A DNA stretch of 64,000 nt from Cyanidioschyzon merolae (Eukaryota), in NCBI GenBank assembly GCA_000091205.1, contig AP006502.2, one strand, 5' to 3'. Both the position numbers and the translations under genes were made by a program. Of this stretch, positions 34,263 through 43,771 are shown piece by piece; the first letter of the stretch is position 1, and every line of letters starts with the position of its first letter. The notes beneath the pieces were generated by a model. It did not search any database. It was not told the DNA's origin and saw only the letters and a list, made by a program, of their open reading frames with translations.

Positions 34263-36951
34263 GAGTTTCGTATGGCGGTACCAAGTGACTGCTACCTTAA
34301 AAGCAAAATATAGTTGTCTCGGAGATATAGACGTGTCTCGATCCCGAGCACAGAGCACAGCGGCTCCATCACGATCGCGTTTTGTGGACCTCGTTGATGC
34401 AAAATCGACACAACGAGCTGCACAGCGTATCGAGTGCTGGCTGAAACACGTCCGTGTCGCGACGGTCTTGGCGGCCGCGATGTACTGTCCGTCAAGGGCA
34501 GACAGGTCGCAAATTGTTCGACGCTACGTGATTGATGTACGGAATCGGGTGCTGCGGCGTTCGTGATATCCATCGATACGCAGGTATGTGACGACCGCTA
34601 TCCCTTAAATCTGGAAATAACCCATAAACCCAAAACCATTATTTTCGTCGGGAATAAGTGTGCGATCCATGCGATAAGTGTTGCTCTCCGGTGGTGTCTC
34701 TTTGTCAGGTGATGCGCACGGAAGCGAGGCCCTTGCACCGCGAAGTCGTCGTACGTTTGGCGAGAAGTCGAAGGTAAGCACCAAGGTTTCGGTGGTAATG
34801 TTTCGAGGATATTCGATGTTCTCGAAGATTTTTTTCGAAGTTTGCGTATGTGCCGTCTACGCTCCGGGATGCGTGCTTCATTCTGTAGGAGAAATCATGT
34901 TTGCACGTGAAGGCTGGGCTGCTCCAGATCACCTCGTATTTCCATGGACCGCTCGAGGCTACAGATGCAGTTGCGAGCGATACGTTCTTTTCCCTAGTCC
35001 TAGTGGGGTAAAATCAATCGCGGTACCGACGCAGAAAAGAGTCGGTCTCTCATGCACGCGCGACGTGTGATGGATAACTGCGACAGAGCGCTGCATATGC
35101 TGAGCTGCTCGTTAACTGACGCTTGCTGTTGGGAACAGTTTCATGGTGGCATGAGTTCCGTTCCTCAAGGAAGAGTTTGATGTGCTGTATCATGGTCAAG
35201 ACCCGAGAAATTCGTACGTGTTGATCCAGAGCTTTATGCCAGCTCCATGGAATTCACGTCTCCGAGTATGCGATGATTGAGCTCCCGAGCCGATGGGAAA
35301 CGAGGCTGAACGACTCGAGCATGCGGGTTGATCCGGCTTAAAAGCGCACACTTAAAATTGGGCGCACGGCAAAGGACAATACCATACACGCCGTCAGCAG
35401 CGCTATTCAAGCAAGAGAAATCCAACTGCTCTGTGACACAGCCGTCTGGCCCCGGAGCTATTTACGCCGGCAAGCGGATACCACACAGATGCGCTGGCGG
35501 CACTGTCCGATGCATCCATGAGGATATGAGTACTCCAAACGAAAGCATGGACGTTGGAACGGGAGCCTTGCAACCAGAACAAGAAACGAGAGCCCGGTTT
35601 GGTCGCTGCAGTTGTTTGCAGTTGAAGAAAGGTCTGCAGTGAGGCGGCGGACTTTAGAAGCACAGGGATCTGTAAAATACTTGACCAGTCAATGTACGTT
35701 GTAGCGTCCGGCAAACGCGATACGCGAAGCCCGCCAGGAAAAAGGATAACACTGCAGATACACCGTACTGCGATATCGTATCCATCACAGCGAATCCGAG
35801 AGTCCAATCAGGCAGGGTCCCGTTTCCGCGGGAAACGCCGCGCAAGATATCAAGAACGCCGTGCAGACGACGTGATCAGGGCAGATACGTACACCGAAGC
35901 GTGGCTGCCAGCCATGCGCTCTTGGAGGCATCAGCAGTGTGCTCAAGTAGTCGTGACGCATGTCTTGGCTTCGAAATAAGTTCTGGGATTATCAAGTTGC
36001 GTGGATATGTATCCATTGAAATCTTGAAGTGAAATGCGGCATTCCGTTAGGGTACACAACGCCAAAATAAGCGTTCAAAGCGCACGCGGGTGTCCTGAGA
36101 GGCACGGTAGATGGCCCCGCCGTCGTGTCCTCGCACCACTGCAGCAGACGAGGCCGCTTTATTGGGAACACGGTGCCTAGCGTGATCCAGGCTGTTTTAT
36201 GCAAGAGAACATACCTGGTCAACCTGCCTCTGATTCGCTTCAGGAAACCGTCAGACTTGGCAGCATCAGGCTAGTGCGCGCGCCACGTGACTGCTGGTGT
36301 GGTAACCAGCAGCGCTAGTCTCTGCTCCGTTTCCAATTTTATACAGTGCGAACTTCTGCCTTCCTGGATGCGGATCAGCAGCTGTTTCCTTCCACATGAA
36401 ACTTAAGCGGCCAGATCAGAAAAGCATTTCATCGGTTATCAGCACCTTTATACGGAGTTTAGGGGTTCCCGTCTATGCTACCGTCGAAAAAATCATCATT
36501 TGCTGCACCGCCACGTTTTTTCAAAGTGCCCCCAAAACAAAGCTCCGACTAGCGCAGCTCCGTTTCACTCGCGTGCATCGCTGGACACGTCCGCTACGTG
36601 AGGCACCACGCAAACCTTGCTGCACCTCAGCATAGCGGAACAAAAGCTTTGACTTCAAACTCGACTGGTGCGCGCAGAAACAGTACGGACATTATGCCTT
36701 CGTCGACGATGTGCGCAGGCCAGCAACTAGACCAATACGCGTGCGCCCCAAACGGATCCAGCTGCGAAATGTATAATACTATATATTCACGAATATAAAT
36801 GTACTTTTCTTGACACATCCGCGGCGAGCACGGCGCGTGGCGTCGCGCACCGACTCCTCATCGTTTGTCCTAACGCTGGTAGACGAGTCTACAGTTCCGG
36901 GTATACGCGCTTTGCGAGCGTATTCCACGAGTGAGTCGCGTAGCGCCAAAG

Positions 36952-37353
36952 ATGGGTCGCGTTCGTACCAAGACGGTTAAAAAGTCAGCGCGCGTTATCA
37001 TCGAGAAGTATTACTCGAGGCTATCCGCGAATGATTTTCACACAAACAAGCGCGTGTGCGACGAGGTCGCCATCCTGCCCTCGAAAAGGATGCGGAACAA
37101 GGTAGCTGGCTTCATCACCCATTTGATGAAAAGAATCCAACGGGGTCCAGTGCGAGGAATCTCACTCAAGCTTCAAGAAGAGGAGCGAGAGCGGCGCATG
37201 GACTTTGTGCCCGACGTGAGCGCCGTGAACACGGAAACCATTGAGGTCGACCCGGACACGAAAGCAATGCTTCGGTCCATTGGGCTTGGCTCTATGTCTG
37301 GTGTTGTCGTGATCCAGCCAGGCGAGCGGCGCCCGTACCATACTAGGAAGTGA
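36952..37353 (+). CDS. RPS17: 40S ribosomal protein S17 (eS17)
   Basis: '[39 protein letters not shown]' is the canonical eS17 N-terminus. ATG at 36952. Confidence 0.85.
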   Translation: MGRVRTKTVKKSARVIIEKYYSRLSANDFHTNKRVCDEVAILPSKRMRNKVAGFITHLMKRIQRGPVRGISLKLQEEERERRMDFVPDVSAVNTETIEVDPDTKAMLRSIGLGSMSGVVVIQPGERRPYHTRK

Positions 37354-38060
37354 TGTGCCCATAGATAGTACTGGCGCGCCAACCAAACCAACCAGCACTT
37401 CATCGGGACAGCGAGCGGTACCAGGCGAGTGCGTCAGTATGTGACGCACCAGGCACTAGATGCACCCCGCTTGGTTGCACGCGGACGTTATTCGCCACGG
37501 TAAGTAGAGTTTGGGTTGGTATGCGTGCATGGCACAGTGTTTTGCATATTTGGTCCAGCGTGCACTTTCGTTGTGTGCCCATGGCGATCTCTCAGCTAGC
37601 GACCGAGTTCGTCATAAATACTCTTGATGCGCATCAACCGCTTTCCATTCCCCTGCACCAATCATCCGAACTCGCCTTGCAGTCAGCGATCAACACCAAG
37701 CTCTTCAGGATTGGTGCGCGCTGCTCCAGAAACATTCGCGTACAGGCATGCTGAAATATTATGAGTCCGTCGTTTCACCCCAATTTCTCATGCATGACTT
37801 TATCAGAATTTGATGCTCATTATAAACGAGGCCGGGAATATCGTAACTTTTTGTCTCTCCTCGAGACTTTTGATATGTGAGGCTGGAGAGCCTTTTTCGC
37901 TCTGGGACATGTTTTTCATTTTCTGTCACGCGACGAAAAAGTGTAGGTCGTTGACTCCTCTCATTCTGGCCTACAGCAGCGCCAGAATAACGCAGCACCC
38001 GTCTTCGTTGTCGTCACAATTCTATGTGGTGCCTCGACATGGCCAGCCTGCCCTGCCCCC

Positions 38061-38222
38061 GCATCTGACACGCTTGCAGTGCAGCACTTTGTGGACCCGA
38101 GCAAGATACGACCTCCGTTCTTTTACTTTCGTGGCTTCCCCTGCATCTGACACACTTGCAGTGCAGCACTTTGTGGACCCGAGCAAGATACGACCTCCTT
38201 TCTTTTACTTTCGTCGCTTCAT
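38061..38222. repeat. Tandem duplication, 2 x ~82 bp (about 95% identical)
   Basis: Direct reading: gcatctgacac(g/a)cttgcagtgcagcactttgtggacccgagcaagatacgacctcc(g/t)ttcttttactttcgt(g/c)gcttc repeated. Confidence 0.75.
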
Positions 38223-39076
38223 TGGCGATGACCCCGTCGTCATTCCATTCAAGTTCTTGAGGCGAATTCCGCAACACGAGCACGTCCACGACATCCGGGA
38301 TTCAGTGATGCCCACCACATCCACATCTAGAATTTCCCTCAACTTCTGTTTGATCGCTCTCCATGCACCGAGCGTACGACGGGATATCGGACGCTTAACT
38401 CCCTCACCCTAGTTTCCGAACTCACTCCATGACCGTCTTTTTGCCACTTGGCACAAGAAGGAGGTGCAGACCCCCTGGATTGCTTTCGGTTCGAAGAAAA
38501 CGTAAATAAAGGTCCTATCCAGGAACGGAAGCGCGTTTGTGGCCTCGTCTGACGTCCAATCTTTGAAAATCTCGTACATACGTGCTCTCAGTGTCTATAA
38601 AAACGGAAAGAAACAAGCATGTGAACTGGGTCAATATTCGCAAGATAGAATCTTAAGCATGTGGAAGTTCGCAAGCGCGTTCGCTACGCCTTGCAGCAAG
38701 TTGGCCTGGAAGACTCAACAAGCGAGACGACGGATTGCATTCTTTCTCGATTACGATCTCGTATGAAGGAGTTCTGCTACAATTTGAGAATGTGAACTTT
38801 TCCTTGGGTTACTTGTGCCCGTTTGTCGTCGTTTGTCTCCCCGGTGGAGTCGGGCGGCACATTTCTTCTGTATACCAGAGGATGTGTTGCACGTGTCCCG
38901 ACGGAATCGTTTTTTCCAGATGAAACGCACCTCCAAACGCTAATCTGGTCGAGAGACCCCAAGATTCCAGATAAGTTTTTCGTTGTTGTAGAGGACGTTT
39001 TCCAGTTTTCAATGCGTGGTATTTGATGCGTCTTGCGTCGACGCGTTTGCGTACATCACGCCGATGGAGTGCATGT

Positions 39077-40470
39077 CTATAGACCGACGTGCAGACGTCT
39101 CCCCGTCTTTTTGGACCAGCCACCTACTACTGGTTTCAACTCCTTCCCGTACAGTTCGACCCTGAGGGGTTGCCCCATAAAGCTGGATCGCGTCAGTCCC
39201 AGGGGTCTTCTTTGCAGCACCGCATATCAACTGACATTGATGGCGGCTTTGAAGTCTCGGTTCACAAATTCCATGCGTTTCTTGCTGGCGCCGCTGCTTG
39301 TACTCACCAGTGTAAATCATCCTCGAAGTCGTGGCGTCAGTGCTACACCAGTATCGTCGTCGCCGTCCCGTCGGGCAAACACCATTACTGGACTATCCCC
39401 CTACTTCGTCTTCGCCACTTGCTCTTTTCCGCTCGATGGTCGGCGAAAAGGGGAATTTTTCGTTTCCTTTCCGGGAGCCGGCGATGATGGCCCTTCAGGA
39501 TCCCCGACTTTCATATCCATACCTTTTCCTTGGGGTTTATCTCTTCAAATGAACGCACTTCGAACGCGTCTGCTATAAACCGCGAATAAGCATTTGGTGA
39601 CGCACATCTGGATGTGAATCACAATCGAGATGAAATCCATAGCATTGAACTCCTGTGCCATCGGAGCACCGCGAATGTCTGGCACGCGAGGCGCCCAGGG
39701 GACTGAGGTCCGTCCGCCCTACACCAGGGTTGCTGACCCGAACGCTGCGTACCGGAACCGCGAAGGAGCTTGCCAACTCCTTAGTCAATAGTTTGGTTGG
39801 GTTGTATTGGCGTACGCCATATTCGCCTGACTGCGTTGCAAGGTAGCGTAACTGCTTTTGAAACGGAGCTAGCCCTGGTCCATGGTTCGAACGTTGCGGG
39901 CGTGATGCGCGGCCCCATGCCCCGGAGGTTTGCCATTGAGGGCTTCAAGTTCTCGCTCAATTTGATCGTACCGTTTTGCGCTGTTGTGTTCTTTGGTTCC
40001 AGCGATCACTCCTGGCTCGAGCAAGCTGTCGAGCGGTGGCGCTACGTCCAGTATCCCGTCAACGAAGAGTCAACGCTGACCTCCGCTGAAATCACAAGAA
40101 GGGTGTTTAAACAGCCGAAAACCGGGGCAGCTGAGGACCATCGAAAGTGAGCGAGTCTCGCGAAAGGGCGCCGCCCTTGCGCCTTCCGGAAGACACCCGT
40201 CTGGTCACTCCCGATGAGGTTCTGCAATGTTGCTGACGATCTCAACAGCAGGATGCGTGGATGGAAGCGTGGGCTTGCATGCTCGTCGATACCTGAAATC
40301 GAAGAATACCCAGGCCTGCGCAGATAACAGCATCGGTTCAGAAGCCAAAGTCGCAGTCTCCAAAAGCAGATAAGAAATGACCTCGGAACGGCCGGCTGTC
40401 AGACACAGGCACCAGCCACCGCATATCGAAGAAGCTCGCTGGCCTCTATTAGACATCGTCATCTTACCCG
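39077..40470 (-). pseudogene. TnpB/Fanzor-like copy 3, degenerate (at least two in-frame stops, frame changes). 5' extent uncertain
   Basis: Minus-strand translation gives 'TLVSTSSGASKKRMEFVNRDFKAAINVS*' (RuvC-III-like), then 'QPLRVELYGKELKPVVGGWSKKTGRRLHVGL*' collinear with copy 2's C-terminus. Upstream piece 'ARLAHFRWSSAAPVFGCLNTL' parallels copy 2 'ARLRKNFYCGKQRAFANFFNQL'. Confidence 0.5.
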
Positions 40471-40789
40471 AACGCTCACATCATTCCTTGTGAAAAAGCC
40501 ATGGACAACGTAACGCCGAGATCGAGGCCTCTGTGCTGCATAATGCTTGCAACGAGCACGTTGGTAATGTCTGGTGTCAGCGATTTCTCCCAAGCGCCAC
40601 AAGAGATAAACGATTGTATCTCAAGAGCTCACATATAGGGAACGGCTTGCCTCGTTCAGCGCTCGCTTCGAAATATTTTTAGCCCTGTCTGCGAGGCGAC
40701 AACGCGTATCGTAATGCAGATTTTTCTCTTCGACAGAACCTTGGCACAACCTAGCTATCCCCGATCGCAGCGCCTGTTCGCAGCGCACA

Positions 40790-41265
40790 GGGAAGCATCA
40801 ATCGTTCCACCTGCTTCCAAATTCCACAAGCCGTGCTTTCCCCCGAAGGAACCAGTAATTTTTACGCCATATCGTGCGCCGAGTGCATGCTGTGAACACC
40901 AGCCGTAGCGCCTAAACCGCTGGAGCAGGTGCATCACGGAGACGGAACTGCTCAGGCGCACCACTGAATGCGGTGCAACCAGGGCCACCAGCAGACGCTG
41001 CCTAAGCATCATTAGTCCCGGAATAAACCGCTTTGAAGACGAGTAGAGCAGGTCTCGCAACAGCACCTGCCACTGGGGGGATGGGTATGAAGCACGAGCC
41101 TGGGAGACTCGTCCGGCTCGCTGGACATTCCCTCGAGAATGTAAAGTTTCAGCAATACGGAAACCTTTCCCCTTTTTGACGTTTATCGTAAATGGGGAAC
41201 GAAATTGTTATATCGTTGCAATTAAGTCGTGAGTCTCTGTTCTTTTTCCTATAGTGCGATCGATA
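40790..41265 (+). repeat. Degenerate ~0.5-kb dispersed repeat, copy B (partner at 4640-5235). Lies about 250 bp upstream of the first candidate 5' exon of Fanzor-like copy 2
   Basis: Collinear DNA similarity with copy A. Reading frame equivalent to A's 98-aa ORF is broken by a TAG (40906-40908, W to stop) and a 123-nt deletion. Confidence 0.6.
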
Positions 41266-42166
41266 GGCGCACCTGGGATATCTGGCAGTCTCGAGACACG
41301 ACGCTCACGTCACCGTTGAAGGGGAACGCGATCCTGATCGTTATTATGTTGCTCTAATGTACGAGTAGTAGTTACTTTATAATCGTACCAAATTATAGTT
41401 TTTCAGGTCTATTGTGTTTCAGCCCTCAGGTTAGTATACTCAAGTGTTTTTTCGCGGTTTATGACAGAAGCGTTCAAAAAGCGTTCTTGTTCAAGAAACT
41501 AGAAAAGCAAAGTTATGGAAGAGGAAATGGAGGAGCATGAGGGCACAGCGTCGCCGGCTGCCAGAAAAAAACGGAAAGCATGGCGGAGCAAAGAGGAACA
41601 GGAAAAGACGAAGACGCGGAGGCCGGAGGCCCTACGTCGAAGGCAGCGATAAAGACGACAGTACGACGAGACGGCGGTAAAAGCCTGTCTTCTTACGCAT
41701 ATCAAGGATCCGTACAGGAGAAACCTGCGAGATGCCATCAGAAACCGAGTCGATTCGTACTCCAGGAGTGTTCGTAACGCCTCTTCAGGACTAATGCATT
41801 TGGTGAAGGAGATGTATCGCGACGTGGTGGATTCGAAACCTTCGAGATTACGGAGGAATTTTTCAACATGACCTTTATTCGCCACCTGATGGTTGGCAGA
41901 GGGGAAGCGTCGAAGAAAATGAGCGAGTGGAAGCCCTCCACAAAAAATTACGCCAAATGCCGCGTCGACGCTACTCTATACAAGGTTGATGCGGATATTT
42001 ACACCTACGGTGCGATGAAGAACCATTTGACCATGAACCTCAAACGCTTCATGATACGCGCCGTGTTTGCGCTCTACCCGGGCCTGTCTCGTAGAGGAAT
42101 ATGGACCATCGCCAATTGCATCACAAACGATAGTAAGAATGAACGGGGATCGAATTCGTCGACAAG

Positions 42167-43695
42167 ATGACATCACACGGGAGAAAGAATAAAGATTCCT
42201 TCATCCGCGCGGCTATTCAAGAGCACCGTTCGGTCTTGGGGCTTGTCAACCCAGCAGAAAAGGTATCAGATATGAAAAAAAGATGGAGAAAGATGTTATC
42301 TCCTCATGCTGCGCTATTTCGTGTTTTTGACCGACGCCTCGAACGCAAAACAGAGATGGAGGTAGGTGCGGGACACAAAAGCAGAGTTGGAGCAACGGAA
42401 GGCTACCCTTCAGGCGAAGCGCTTCAACGTCTTTCGGTTATGCAACATCAAGTCGCACTTTGTGAATATCGACTGCAGAGTCGTTCATGGCATCATGAAG
42501 GATATCTGAACGGTGCTCGGTGTAAGCAGGGAGGAGTTCACCGGGGAAAACCGGGAGACGTACTGGAAGCATATCTTCGGCTTCAAACGTGTCAAAACGA
42601 GCAAGCAAAAGTATGCATAGGCATCAGCGAAAGCGATGGAGTAGCCACATGTGTACACTATCAGCGCCTTAGGGTGAATCGTCCTGTTCCGTCTTCAGTA
42701 TCGCCAGTGGCGAAGCATGAGGGAAACAAGAAGGCGGGTCCTACGACGCAGGAGGTGCGGGAGCATGACTTTGTGGTAGGCGCGAACCCCGGAAACACGA
42801 ATATCATGACCATCACAGTACCCAAGCTTGCGGAAGATGGTATTGAAGGCAACCTATGTCAAAAAGACACGCGTTTGTAAGGTTCTAAAGATAGAGACAT
42901 TACTGAGAATCGGGAATAATGAATGCAAGAAAGAAAATTGAGACATGGAATGCACGAGTGAGAGAGCACCTGGAAGCTATGAGCGAGGTGACGAGCCGAG
43001 GAACGGACTTTGGAGCTTTTCGGGAGTTTATGGATGTTCGTGTTGCCCATTGGGATGCACTGTGGGAGGAGTATACCAAGCCCCGGTGGGCTCGTCTGCG
43101 AAAGAATTTCTATTGTGGGAAGCAGCGGGCGTTCGCGAATTTTTTCAATCAGTTGAGTGCCCCGAAGGGGGACGAGAGTCAGAGGCTCGTAGTAGCGTAC
43201 AGAGCAGGGCGCTGGAAGATTCAAAAAGGGTGTACGCCAGCTCCAACGACGAGGGTGTACAAGGAGTGCGCACGTCGTTTCGTTACAATACCGATAGATG
43301 AGTTTCGAACATCGTATACACACCATGAGCTGGGTTGTACACTTCAGAGAGTGGAGATGCAAAAGTGCCAGAGGAGCCCTGAGGATATAGCAAAGTACGG
43401 AGCGCTGACGGAAGAGCAAATGGAAAGGAAGGCGAAAGTTCGAGGGCTACTCGCATCAGTGAATACAACGAACGGGAAGAAACGGATGGAATTCGTGAAC
43501 CGAGACTTTCATACCCCTATCAATATCAGGAGATGTGCAGTGCTGGAGAAAAGACCTCCAGAGTTGACGAGAGCCAACTTTGTTCGACAACCTCTCGAAG
43601 TCGATTTATATGAGAAGAAGTTGGAAGCAGTAGTAGGTGGCCGGTCGAGAAAAACGGGGAGGCGTCTGCACGTCAATTGGCGACTTTTTGTCTAG
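42167..43695 (+). CDS. TnpB/Fanzor-like (IS605 OrfB-family RuvC fold) copy 2. Two exons (42167-42876, 42930-43695) joined across a 53-nt intron. Possible further 5' exons (Lys/Arg-rich NLS-like ORF at 41515-41652; ORF 41868-42170) not resolved
   Basis: 'FVVGANPGNTNIMTIT' fits RuvC-I vGiDlGixNlaT with D to N. 'ARLRKNFYCGKQRAFANFFNQL' is the conserved inter-motif region. 'PIDEFRTSYTHHELGC' is the TS motif with zinc-finger Cys replaced. 'GKKRMEFVNRDFHTPINIRR' is RuvC-III-like with D retained. Splice joins ...KDTRL|KKIETW... in frame. Confidence 0.55.
42877..42929 (+). other. Putative 53-nt spliceosomal intron (GTAAGG...AG) inside Fanzor-like copy 2
   Basis: The stop TAA at 42878-80 lies inside a consensus donor GTAAGG at 42877-82. 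AG at 42928-29 restores the downstream frame (phase 2). The joined protein is collinear with TnpB architecture. Confidence 0.45.
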
Positions 43696-43771
43696 GGCGG
43701 GTTTCTCGCCACTACTGTACACCGCGGGTATCAACGTTTTTCTTCTGAAAGGCGTTTGTTTTCAGGAGTGG

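Noticed and set aside
39089-39487. Plus-strand ORFs 39033-39578 and 39089-39487, and minus-strand ORF 675-1028, as genes
   Set aside because: They are the antisense reading of the Fanzor-like copies. 'DIDGGFEVSVHKFHAF' and 'DMDGGVRVLVHELEAF' are the reverse-strand images of the RuvC-III DxNAAINI segment.
41515-42170. Assigning the NLS-like small ORF (41515-41652) and ORF 41868-42170 as definite upstream exons of Fanzor-like copy 2
   Set aside because: I found a consensus GTAAGA donor near 42134 but no in-frame acceptor that joins to 42167. The gene model upstream of 42167 stays unresolved without transcript data.
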